In this document: piece after piece, positions 25,166 through 32,387 of the stretch | How the letters are laid out: each line of letters opens with the position of its first letter | How positions within the stretch are numbered: position 1 is the first letter of the stretch | DNA from: a virus | Taxonomy: Duplodnaviria > Caudoviricetes | Direction: 5' to 3' (one strand) | Virus record (IMG/VR): IMGVR_UViG_3300020045_002987 | Span: 1 to 32,387 of that record | DNA length: 32,387 nucleotides | Program-made: the position numbers and the translations under genes | The notes under the pieces: generated by a model | Told to the model about the DNA's origin: nothing | Seen by the model: the letters and a program-made list of their open reading frames with translations, nothing else | Database searches by the model: none

Positions 25166-25662
25166 ACTTTCCCCCTACGGATGTTGCTTATGTGCGCCAC
25201 GTTGACGCAAAATTTTGCTGCCAATACAGCAGGAACATCCTTGCTTTCTCTGATTTCCTTGACGTCTGCCAAAGAAAGTTTTGCATTCGGATGCTGCTCT
25301 CCACTCAGGTATGGCAATCGGTATCGTTTTTTCGCCGCCATGTCACTCATGTTGTCTTGATTAGTACCGAGAGAAAGATGCGAAAGATTCACACAACACC
25401 GTACGTCGCATGAATGCATCACTACTTTCCCAGCCGGTATTTCTCCGCCATGTAGCGACCAAATCAAGCGATGGACAAGCCACTGTTTTCCACCCCCTGC
25501 GCTCGTGACTCCATAGCCATGTTTGTTAACGTAGCCAATCCAGATGCGGCATCCAGCAAATGGAATGGATGATGTCTTTGCAAAAATACGCGCAATGATC
25601 ATCGCCCTATCCATCGCTTCAATGGTCGGCTGGCGTGGAACGGGCTTTGGGATTGCTACCAT
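25156..25662 (-). CDS. Free-standing HNH homing endonuclease with C-terminal HTH
   Basis: GCRIWIG....GYG, VHRL, VMHSCDVRCCVNLSHLSLGTNQDN, GEQHPNAKL; lower GC than neighbours. Confidence 0.9.
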   Translation of the reverse strand: MVAIPKPVPRQPTIEAMDRAMIIARIFAKTSSIPFAGCRIWIGYVNKHGYGVTSAGGGKQWLVHRLIWSLHGGEIPAGKVVMHSCDVRCCVNLSHLSLGTNQDNMSDMAAKKRYRLPYLSGEQHPNAKLSLADVKEIRESKDVPAVLAAKFCVNVAHISNIRRGKVWR

Positions 25663-25674
25663 GTTGTTCTCTTG

Positions 25675-25695
25675 AAAAGGGCCCCGAAGGGCCCT
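25675..25695 (-). terminator. Rho-independent terminator
   Basis: Minus strand reads AGGGCCC-TTCG-GGGCCCT-TTT. Confidence 0.65.
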
Positions 25696-25698
25696 GGG

Positions 25699-25908
25699 TT
25701 ACTTCTTGGTTTCAGCCTCAATCAGAAGCTGAATGAAGTGGATGGCCTTTTCAAGGTCTTCAATCCCGTTCTTGTCCCGCCACCGGCACAGGTAAGCAAT
25801 GGCGCTGCCTTCGCAGAACCCGATGCCGTTCGCGTGGATGAACGTCACCGGCTGAATCGCCATCTTGCGGTAATGATCGCCTGCCACCTGGCTGTCCAGC
25901 GCGCTCAC
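25699..25908 (-). CDS. DUF3310 protein (T7 gp1.7 nucleotide kinase-like)
   Basis: QVAGDHY, IQP, GFCEG.AI.YL.RW..KNG.EDL.KA; GTGA overlap start. Confidence 0.85.
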   Translation of the reverse strand: MSALDSQVAGDHYRKMAIQPVTFIHANGIGFCEGSAIAYLCRWRDKNGIEDLEKAIHFIQLLIEAETKK

Positions 25909-26399
25909 TTCTGCCACGGCTTCTTGGCGGCTGCGGTGGGGGCGGGCTTGGAGACGGCCGGGGCGCTCAGCCCAACCGGTTCCATGCCGGTCACGTTGTT
26001 TTCCATCTCGCCGTTGTCCTTGCGCTTCTTCTGCCCAAGACGAAGATTCAGCTTGCGGCCGATCAGGTCATCTGTGTCATCAAGTTCGCCCTTGATGCCG
26101 ACTGCCGCGCACAGGGCCGAGAGTTCTTCTCGACCGATGCGCTCTGCCTCCGGGCTGGTGCTGTGCGTCAGATTGATTCGCTGCCAATAGCGGCGGCGGC
26201 TGAACTCATCGGGTTCGTAGAAGCTGTGCTCCACGATCAGCAGATGCCCAGTTTTGTTGTTGTTCTGCTTCGTCTCAGCGTTGCTGATTTCCGAGCCGTA
26301 CATGCCGCGCGGCAGAAGCGAAGAATCGCCCCGGCTCTCTGATGGCTTGACTTCGGATGCATTGAAGCCGCCGGGGATGATGTCTTTGAGGGAAGCCAT
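25905..26399 (-). CDS. DUF669 single-stranded DNA-binding-like protein
   Basis: LLPRGMY...I, G..L.VE, W.RINL, L..LC.AVG, C-terminal KKPWQK. Confidence 0.8.
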   Translation of the reverse strand: MASLKDIIPGGFNASEVKPSESRGDSSLLPRGMYGSEISNAETKQNNNKTGHLLIVEHSFYEPDEFSRRRYWQRINLTHSTSPEAERIGREELSALCAAVGIKGELDDTDDLIGRKLNLRLGQKKRKDNGEMENNVTGMEPVGLSAPAVSKPAPTAAAKKPWQK

Positions 26400-26457
26400 T
26401 GTTTAACTTTCAGTTTGGGTTAGTTGTTTGGCAGACGGGAAGCGGTCTGCCGGCGCT

Positions 26458-27204
26458 TTAGGATTTGGCGGATGCGAGCTGTTCGGCGAAGGCGTCCCAC
26501 GACAGCGGGCAGTCCTTCAGACCGAAGCGGTTGCCGCTGGGGTATGCGGGATGGGACTCCAAGTGCAGCACACGGTCACCCGTGCGCACAGCCTTGTTTT
26601 CCTTCTGGCCGTAACCGGCGTCGGTCTTCTTCAGGGCGATGCGATGGGCGGCAAAGCCCACGATGTCGGCGAACTCGCTGACCAGCGCAGCGGCCCGGTT
26701 GTTCAGCTTAAGCGACCACGCGTCATAGCCTTCGTGAGTCGGCGATTCAACTCGCTTCTGCTGGACGTGGACGATTAGCAAGATAGCCATACCACGCTCT
26801 ACGCGCAATGCCTCCATGCCATCGAGGAACGTACGCCATTCAGCGGCGGCGGCCATGTAGCCCTTGCCGTAGCCGGGTGCTTCAATATCCTTCCACTCGT
26901 TCGCCTCGCACACCTTCGCTTGAATCAGCGGCTCAAGCCAATCGAGAGAGTCCACATAGACGCTCTCGAAGTCATGTTCCTCATTGTTCAGTGTGGCGAT
27001 GGCCGAATAGACATCATCCATCGATTTGCACAGCGGGAACGCTTGTGCATCGATGCCTGACATGCCGTCTTCCGTCAGGATGCCAATGCTGTTCGGAGCC
27101 GATGCGGCAAGCGTTGACTTGCCAATTTTTGGCTCGCCTGCGAGCAGGATTTTCGGGGCTTCAAGACGCTTAGTCTTTGAGATGCTTTTGAGATCGAATG
27201 CCAT
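26458..27204 (-). CDS. AAA_24 / Sak4-like recombination ATPase
   Basis: Walker A GEPKIGKST, Walker B VYVDSLDWLE, GYGKGY, EFADIVGFA, GNRFGL. Confidence 0.88.
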   Translation of the reverse strand: MAFDLKSISKTKRLEAPKILLAGEPKIGKSTLAASAPNSIGILTEDGMSGIDAQAFPLCKSMDDVYSAIATLNNEEHDFESVYVDSLDWLEPLIQAKVCEANEWKDIEAPGYGKGYMAAAAEWRTFLDGMEALRVERGMAILLIVHVQQKRVESPTHEGYDAWSLKLNNRAAALVSEFADIVGFAAHRIALKKTDAGYGQKENKAVRTGDRVLHLESHPAYPSGNRFGLKDCPLSWDAFAEQLASAKS

Positions 27205-27213
27205 GTCTTTCTT

Positions 27214-27396
27214 TCAAAGTTGGCCCAATTGGGCGAGTTCCACGCGCAACGCTTCAGCCTCTGCCCGCGCCAGCTTTGCATTTTCCTCATGGACGGCGAT
27301 GTCCATTTCCAGATTGTCGAGCCGCCAACGAAGGTACTTCGTGCGCAGCGCGTCGGTGATGGGGTTGGTGGGCTTGGTTTGGATCGCTTTGTTCAC
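27214..27396 (-). CDS. Small coiled-coil hypothetical protein
   Basis: GTGA-coupled start at 27396. Confidence 0.6.
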   Translation of the reverse strand: MNKAIQTKPTNPITDALRTKYLRWRLDNLEMDIAVHEENAKLARAEAEALRVELAQLGQL

Positions 27397-27548
27397 AGCG
27401 CGCTCACGATCTTGCGAATCACCTTGCGCCACCAAGTCACCTTGACCCCCGGGCGCGGCTTGTAGTTGATGCGGTAGCTCATCGGCTCCGATGGATACTG
27501 CGATTCGAGCGCCTCATGACGGTCACTCTTGTAGCGGCGGTCAGTCAT
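27393..27548 (-). CDS. 51-aa basic hypothetical protein (not in ORF track)
   Basis: MTDRRYKSDRHEALES...WWRKVIRKIVSAL; 4-nt overlaps at both ends. Confidence 0.6.
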   Translation of the reverse strand: MTDRRYKSDRHEALESQYPSEPMSYRINYKPRPGVKVTWWRKVIRKIVSAL

Positions 27549-27712
27549 GGCTTTTCCCAAGTGGTAGCCATCACCCAGAACCCCGGCGAGAACATCGTCA
27601 CATCACGCTCAGTGATGACCAGCAGCGCGCCCGATGGCTCGACCCTGACGCTTACTACGTTGTTAAACGCCTTAACGCCTGCGTCCTTGGTGGTGATTTC
27701 TGCGAGGATCAT
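27545..27712 (-). CDS. 55-aa beta-rich hypothetical protein (not in ORF track)
   Basis: MILAEITTKDAGVKAFNNVVSVRVEPSGALLVIT...; AAGGAG RBS; ATGA overlaps. Confidence 0.65.
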   Translation of the reverse strand: MILAEITTKDAGVKAFNNVVSVRVEPSGALLVITERDVTMFSPGFWVMATTWEKP

Positions 27713-27942
27713 TTGGCGCGCTCCTTGAGCAAGGCGTCGGCGAGTTCGTAGGCGCTTATCGCCACGTCCGCATACTCATCAAAATCGTCGTGAGTGTTTG
27801 GGTTAGAACAGAATCCCTGCATCGCCTTCGCAGCGAAGTAGTCGCGCATGGACATTCCGGGCCAAGCATAGTCACCAAAAGATATGGGGAATGCCGGGTC
27901 ATTCTTTTTCATGAACGCGGACACCTTTTCGTCTGCGTTCAT
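27709..27942 (-). CDS. Conserved phage hypothetical protein
   Basis: PAFP...GMSMRDYFAAKAMQG...AYELADALLKER, a widespread phage early family. Confidence 0.8.
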   Translation of the reverse strand: MNADEKVSAFMKKNDPAFPISFGDYAWPGMSMRDYFAAKAMQGFCSNPNTHDDFDEYADVAISAYELADALLKERAK

Positions 27943-28298
27943 TTCCGCACCTCCGCATCAACCACAGGTTCAGCGAACCGGTTAACGTATTCCACGCAGA
28001 ACGCCTCGACGAAGGGCTGGGCCTCCGGCTTCGCCATGAGTGCAAAGAACGAATCGCCCACAGCATCGGCCTCAAGCATGGACTCGAAGATCGACAGCGG
28101 GTCCTGACGGCAGACGAAGCGCGTAGACATCAACGTCTTGGCGTACTTCACGCCGCGCGGTGAGCCTTGCAGGGCTTCGGTGCAGTCGCGCTGCATCTCG
28201 GTGGCAGTGGCTTCGAAGTGGTCGACAAAGTCTGAAATCTCGTTCAGCTTCTCGACGTAGAAAGCTTCATCTTTGGTGAGGGTGTCGGGTGTGTTCAT
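27939..28298 (-). CDS. Hypothetical protein
   Basis: 119 aa, phage-like codon use, ATGA overlap downstream. Confidence 0.7.
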   Translation of the reverse strand: MNTPDTLTKDEAFYVEKLNEISDFVDHFEATATEMQRDCTEALQGSPRGVKYAKTLMSTRFVCRQDPLSIFESMLEADAVGDSFFALMAKPEAQPFVEAFCVEYVNRFAEPVVDAEVRK

Positions 28299-28327
28299 GT
28301 TGGTTCGTTGGTTAGGTTGGTGTTAGA

Positions 28328-28411
28328 TCATTGGGCGCCGAACTTCTTTGCGCGCCACAGCCGATAGGCTTCTTCCAAAAGGTCTTGCGTGTCTTGGTCG
28401 CGGGGGTTCAT
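28328..28411 (-). CDS. 27-aa micro-protein
   Basis: MNPRDQDTQDLLEEAYRLWRAKKFGAQ; ATGA-coupled start. Confidence 0.45.
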   Translation of the reverse strand: MNPRDQDTQDLLEEAYRLWRAKKFGAQ

Positions 28412-28509
28412 TTTTTGGATGAGTAGAAGTACAGCAGGAAGAACAGAGGGAGGCCGATCACGCTGAAGCCGATGAGGAAGGCGATGCAGTGGATTAAAAG
28501 GCCGTTCAT
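28408..28509 (-). CDS. 33-aa single-TM micro-protein (not in ORF track)
   Basis: MNGLLIHCIAFLIGFSVIGLPLFFLLYFYSSKK; ATGA overlaps at both ends. Confidence 0.55.
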   Translation of the reverse strand: MNGLLIHCIAFLIGFSVIGLPLFFLLYFYSSKK

Positions 28510-28733
28510 TTTTCAAAGCTCCAAAATTCCCTGTTCACAAAGAACCGAAAAATGGTCAATGCGACAGTCAGCAAAACAGAGCCTGCCAAGAATGAGAGCA
28601 AATGCTTCCACCAATCAGAAGGTTGGTCGATGAAGAATGTCCCAAGAGTGCAAAGCATGGATCCAACAAAAAACAAGCAAAACAGGCCAATAGAAACTAG
28701 CAGTCGAGTCCACGCAAACAGAGCGAATCTCAC
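28506..28733 (-). CDS. Two-TM membrane protein
   Basis: Two hydrophobic helices; GAGG RBS; low GC. Confidence 0.65.
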   Translation of the reverse strand: MRFALFAWTRLLVSIGLFCLFFVGSMLCTLGTFFIDQPSDWWKHLLSFLAGSVLLTVALTIFRFFVNREFWSFEK

Positions 28734-29203
28734 AGCTTCACCTCAAAAGACAGATGCTGGAATGCGCCTCCCTTGCCCGGGCCCACGCTGTACCGCACAG
28801 CAAAGCCCAGCGGCGTGTCCAAAACCAAGTGCGGCAGGATCAGCGGGCGCAGCTTGCCGACGTGAACAACGTTCTCGTATCCAGTCGCCAGCACCGCTGA
28901 CAGACCAGTCTGCACAGGGCCGAACTTCGGGCCGTTGATGCTGTACCCAGCGTAGAAGGTGTTCCTGTCATAGCTGTTGCGGTAGCCGCCTGCCACCACA
29001 CCGCTGTCCGTCACCACGTAGGCGCCAAAGTTCTCGTTGTTGTACGGGAGCATTTTCGTGCTGCCGTCGTTATACGTGCGCTCGAAGTTATTCGATGCGT
29101 GCTTGGAGACGGTGTGGACGCCGAGGGTCGCGGCTTGCACCTGGCCGGCGCTCAGCAGAGAGAAGGCATAGACGGCGAGGATGATGGCGATGCAAAGTTT
29201 CAT
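28730..29203 (-). CDS. Exported outer-membrane beta-barrel, PagP-like
   Basis: Signal peptide ending VQA-A; GVHTVSKH, YNNENFG, GGYRNSY.R.TFYAGY, ATGY; alternating C-terminal strand HLSFEVKL. Confidence 0.6.
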   Translation of the reverse strand: MKLCIAIILAVYAFSLLSAGQVQAATLGVHTVSKHASNNFERTYNDGSTKMLPYNNENFGAYVVTDSGVVAGGYRNSYDRNTFYAGYSINGPKFGPVQTGLSAVLATGYENVVHVGKLRPLILPHLVLDTPLGFAVRYSVGPGKGGAFQHLSFEVKL

Positions 29204-29236
29204 GTTGGGCTCGTTGGGTTCGTTGGTTGGGTTTGT

Positions 29237-29413
29237 TTAGACGGCTGGGCCGAGGGCGGTGACTTCCACGACGTTGATGGCCTCAGCTAGAACCGGTTGA
29301 ACGCACACATCTGTGACGCCTTCGATCATCCAGGCGCGGGAGCCGATCTTCTCGGGGAGGGAGGTCACTTCCTTGCGGGTGGTGACGGTGATGAGGTAGG
29401 TTGTGGTTTGCAT
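29237..29413 (-). CDS. Small hypothetical protein (58 aa)
   Basis: ATG at 29413; beta-alpha-beta pattern. Confidence 0.6.
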   Translation of the reverse strand: MQTTTYLITVTTRKEVTSLPEKIGSRAWMIEGVTDVCVQPVLAEAINVVEVTALGPAV

Positions 29414-29458
29414 GGGGTGTGGCAAGGGTGGCGGGTTAGGCCCCAAAGGGCCGGGCTG

Positions 29459-29746
29459 TCAGGCGGCGCGAGCGCGGTGGGCTGCGATCAGGGCATCGTC
29501 GGCCCGCTTCCATGCGTCGGGGTCGGCGACCGGCTCCCACTCGCCGAAGCCTTCGCGGCGAGCGTCGGCCTTCGCGTTGACTTCGGCTTGCTTGGAGCTG
29601 GCGCAAAGCTCGCAGCGGGCTGCGAACTTCTCGGCCTTGAAACCAGCCCAGCCAAGAGACATCGGGGTGCGCAGGACGTTGCGACCACAGGCGGTGCGCG
29701 ACGCCATGCCGGAGCCGCTTTTGTTGAGGTGCAGGACGTGGGCCAT
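29459..29746 (-). CDS. First leftward early gene, putative Zn-binding protein
   Basis: GGAG RBS; H...TACGR...CELC. Confidence 0.7.
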   Translation of the reverse strand: MAHVLHLNKSGSGMASRTACGRNVLRTPMSLGWAGFKAEKFAARCELCASSKQAEVNAKADARREGFGEWEPVADPDAWKRADDALIAAHRARAA

Positions 29747-29784
29747 GGTGTTTTCTCCGTTCGGTTGCGTGTTGCGATGTAGTT

Positions 29785-29814
29785 AATGTAGTGCCACGCG
29801 GCACGCCACGTCAA
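29785..29814 (-). promoter_or_regulatory. Leftward early sigma70 promoter
   Basis: Minus strand TTGACG-18 nt-TACATT with upstream A tract; spacer contains the inverted repeat GTGCC-ACGC-GGCAC. Confidence 0.7.
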
Positions 29815-29837
29815 CACTTTTTTCTAGGTATTTTCAC

Positions 29838-29867
29838 TTGCTGTTACGGCATCCGGCATGCCACAAT
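29838..29867 (+). promoter_or_regulatory. Rightward promoter for the cro-like gene and primase
   Basis: TTGCTG-18 nt-CACAAT with extended TG; ATG lies 7 nt downstream. Confidence 0.6.
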
Positions 29868-29874
29868 CGGCCGC

Positions 29875-30069
29875 ATGGACAAAGATCAAGCGCAGTCCGC
29901 GTTACAGGACATCAACATTACCGAGTTCGCCAAGCGCAGCAAGGTGCCTCTTAGAACACTCTGGCGCCTCAAGCGCGGCCAGGGCAACCCAACGAAAGGA
30001 ACGCTGACTCTCTTGAAGGCAGATCTCAAGAGGATCAACCCGCAGCCGGTAGACAACAAAGAGGCTTAG
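29875..30069 (+). CDS. Cro-like helix-turn-helix regulator
   Basis: NITEFAKRSKVPLRTLWRLKRGQGNPTKGTL; 64 aa; divergent position. Confidence 0.8.
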   Translation: MDKDQAQSALQDINITEFAKRSKVPLRTLWRLKRGQGNPTKGTLTLLKADLKRINPQPVDNKEA

Positions 30070-30071
30070 TC

Positions 30072-32132
30072 ATGACAGACAACGTCGTCAACATCGACAC
30101 GGTGTGGTCTGCCACCGACTACGCGCTGAAATACGTCCGACTCGGATGGCAGGTACTGCCGCTCGACCCCGGAAGCAAGAAGCCCCTAGGCCGTCTGGTG
30201 CCCAAGGGCTTCCACGATGCCACCAACGATCCAGAGACCATCAAGCGTTGGTGGAATCAGCACCCGGATGCCGGTATCGGCATTGCCCTGCGTGCGTCTG
30301 GGCTCGTGGCCGTGGACATCGACCCGCGCAACGGCGGCATTGACACAATCGACCAGCTAGAAGCGGAGCATGGGCCTATCGTCTCCGACGTGCTGGCGCT
30401 GACTGGCGGCGGTGGCGAGCATCGTGTTTTCTCGGCCAGTCTCGTGGAGGGCCTGCCCGGCACGCTGGGCCCCGGTGTTGATCTGAAGGCCGATGGCTAC
30501 ATCGCGGTAGAGCCGACCCTTCACCCGTCCGGCAAGCGGTACGGCTGGGAGGCATCCTCAAGCCCGCTCGACGGCATTGTGCCCAGCACACTGCCAAGCT
30601 GGATCAGGGACAAGTCACGCGCCAAGCTCACGGCGCCCGTCTCTACCGTTGTCCGCCCAGCCATCCCCGCTGAACGACTGGCAGAACTCACGTCTGCAAT
30701 GTCTGCCATCAAGAAGCCTGACCGTGACACATGGTGGCGCGTCGGGATGGCGATCAACAACGCCATGCCCAATCAAGAGGGCTTCAGCCTGTGGGACGAC
30801 TGGAGTCAAACAAACGGCGGGACCTATGACCCGCAGGACCAGATGAGGGTGTGGAAGAGCTTCCGACCCATCGGCCTGTCCGGCATCGGCATTGAATCGG
30901 TGTTCAAGATGGCGATTGATGGTGGATGGAAGGCCCAGAAGGTCAAGCAGCCTTTGGCGGCGAATCTCGAACACGTCAGCGCCGACGATGAATGCATCCT
31001 GAAAGAGTTCGAAGGCAGCTTCGATGTCTTGGAGCCGGTTGAATGGGTGCTTGAAGGCTTCATTGCCGCTCGACAGCTCGTGATGTTTGCCGGTCAACCT
31101 GGCGTGGGCAAGTCCACCGTCTTTTCTTCCATCGCCCTGCTCGTGGCTGGCTTCGGGCGGCAGATGGGCAGCGATGTGCCTAACGACAGATTCCGCCGTG
31201 TCGCCATCATCAGCGAACACCCGGAACAGTACCAACGCCTGTTCTTCGGCTTCATCAAGAAGTTCGGGCTTGTCCCGGCTGAGGTCATGCACATGGTCCG
31301 GGTCTTCCACTCTGCCCGCATGACGGCCGAAGAACTTCCGAAGGAAGTGTTCAAAGTCATCAAGAAGATTGGCGGAGACGAACCCCCTTTCGTTGTGGTT
31401 GACACAGCGTCTTCGGTCTTCGATGTCTCTGACGAAAACAACAACGCGGAAATCTCTTCCATGCTCATCGCCCTGCGCGAACCGGTCAGGCTCACAGGCG
31501 CCCCGGTCTGGGTCATCACCCACGCCGCCAAGGCCCTCGGGCGCGAGGATAGCGAAATCACCCCGCGTGGCGCCAGCTCCTACGTGGGCGACGTCCACGC
31601 GACCGGCTCGGTCTTCCGCGACAAGAACATGCCGGACAGCACGTTCATCCGCAGCCTGAAGAACCGGAACGAGCGGGAATACAACGAAATCGACATCCGC
31701 ACAGAAGTTCAGTGGCACCACGTCACCGATGAACGTGGCGTTATCCAGCGCGTTGGTATCCGGCTGGGTGTGCCGATGATGTCTGGTGACCAGAAACGCA
31801 AGGATGCCGCCGCAAGGGCCTCAGAAGCCTCTAGGGAGGCCGATCAGGCAAAAGGGATGGACATCATGCGGGAGCGCGTTGCGATGGCTCTGGAGGCCGC
31901 TATTGCTTCCGGGCAGCTTTTGAGCGCAACGGACCTGGCTGAGAAGTTCGCCGGCAAGAAGTCGGCAAAGCTCGATTGCATCAACCAGATGGTTGCCATG
32001 GGCGATTTGGTTGTTACAGATTGGCCGAAAGAGCTTCGCCCGCGCGCTCAAAAGCAGCATTTCTACCGGTTCCCGCAAACAGACGTGAAAGCGCTTTTGG
32101 AGGCGTTTTCTGCTCAAAAAAACAGCACATGA
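30072..32132 (+). CDS. Bifunctional primase-polymerase with PriCT-2 and AAA_25 (RepA-like) helicase
   Basis: GWQVLPL...KKP, GIGI, VDID, TGGGGEH, GVDLK; WWRVGMA..WDDWS; GQPGVGKS, VVVDT, ITHAAK, RGAS. Confidence 0.9.
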   Translation: MTDNVVNIDTVWSATDYALKYVRLGWQVLPLDPGSKKPLGRLVPKGFHDATNDPETIKRWWNQHPDAGIGIALRASGLVAVDIDPRNGGIDTIDQLEAEHGPIVSDVLALTGGGGEHRVFSASLVEGLPGTLGPGVDLKADGYIAVEPTLHPSGKRYGWEASSSPLDGIVPSTLPSWIRDKSRAKLTAPVSTVVRPAIPAERLAELTSAMSAIKKPDRDTWWRVGMAINNAMPNQEGFSLWDDWSQTNGGTYDPQDQMRVWKSFRPIGLSGIGIESVFKMAIDGGWKAQKVKQPLAANLEHVSADDECILKEFEGSFDVLEPVEWVLEGFIAARQLVMFAGQPGVGKSTVFSSIALLVAGFGRQMGSDVPNDRFRRVAIISEHPEQYQRLFFGFIKKFGLVPAEVMHMVRVFHSARMTAEELPKEVFKVIKKIGGDEPPFVVVDTASSVFDVSDENNNAEISSMLIALREPVRLTGAPVWVITHAAKALGREDSEITPRGASSYVGDVHATGSVFRDKNMPDSTFIRSLKNRNEREYNEIDIRTEVQWHHVTDERGVIQRVGIRLGVPMMSGDQKRKDAAARASEASREADQAKGMDIMRERVAMALEAAIASGQLLSATDLAEKFAGKKSAKLDCINQMVAMGDLVVTDWPKELRPRAQKQHFYRFPQTDVKALLEAFSAQKNST

Positions 32133-32142
32133 AAAGCCAGTC

Positions 32143-32300
32143 CGAACCGGTTCCCGGCGAACCGGTTCCCCTTAAGGATAAATACGTTGGGAACCGGTTG
32201 TGGTGGGGGTATTAACCCCCCCCACACCGGTACCAGTTCCCCGCTACATCGGGAACCAGTGGGGAACCAGTGGGAACCGGTGGAACCGGTAGGAACTGGT
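32143..32300. repeat. Iteron-like GGAACCRGT repeats, probable replication origin
   Basis: CGAACCGGTTCCC twice (32143, 32158), GGGAACCGGT at 32189, five tandem GGAACYRGT units at 32251-32300, short AT-rich spacer and a G/C hairpin; directly after the primase-helicase. Confidence 0.7.
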
Positions 32301-32345
32301 AGTTGTAACGACAAAGGGAAATTGCATGCTTAACTAAGGACCAAC

Positions 32346-32387
32346 ATGGACACCAACCCACATCACCTTCAACGAACCCAAGACCTC
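32346..32387 (+). CDS. Start of a downstream gene (truncated by window)
   Basis: TAAGGA RBS then ATG; frame is open to the window end. Confidence 0.4.
   Translation, partial: MDTNPHHLQRTQDL

Noticed and set aside
26430-26451. Terminator between the ATPase and SSB genes
   Set aside because: The GGCAGAC..GTCTGCC hairpin is followed by A/C rather than U on the coding strand; at most an mRNA stability or processing hairpin.
28328-28516. 62-aa ORF from the track
   Set aside because: Better explained as two ATGA-coupled micro-ORFs (28408-28509 and 28328-28411).
30615-31721. 368-aa antisense ORF
   Set aside because: Shadow of the primase-helicase caused by GC-rich codon bias; no motifs recognised.
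32143-32300. CRISPR array or mini-array linked to the Cas4-like gene
   Set aside because: Repeats are only 9-13 bp, mostly abutting, with no unique 25-40 bp spacers; an iteron origin fits better.
1-32387. Integrase, att site, tRNA or host flanking genes
   Set aside because: None recognised; all genes look phage-derived, so prophage status cannot be supported from this window.

Overview
The window is most of a tailed dsDNA phage genome (siphovirus with an HK97-type head, roughly 60% GC by eye; a Gram-negative host is inferred from the spanin pair and an outer-membrane barrel gene). The + strand from 1 to 20331 carries the late genes: end of TerL, prohead protease, major capsid, two accessory genes, portal (placed after the capsid), a collagen-like protein, head-tail connectors, an inserted three-enzyme cassette (Maf/sialyltransferase-like, GT9-like glycosyltransferase, SAM methyltransferase), the tail module with a -1 frameshift chaperone, and an expanded lysis cassette (holin candidates, GH108 endolysin, Rz with nested Rz1). 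The - strand from 20328 to 29746 is an early region of many small genes, a Sak4-like ATPase/DUF669 SSB/Cas4-like recombination module interrupted by an HNH endonuclease, and a PagP-like outer-membrane beta-barrel. Divergent promoters at about 29785-29870 lead rightward to a Cro-like HTH, a primase-polymerase/helicase and an iteron-rich probable origin. I see no integrase, CI repressor, tRNA or CRISPR array. The best leads are a putative virion-glycosylation cassette inside the neck operon and the early PagP-like barrel. All family assignments come from motif recognition by eye, not database searches.
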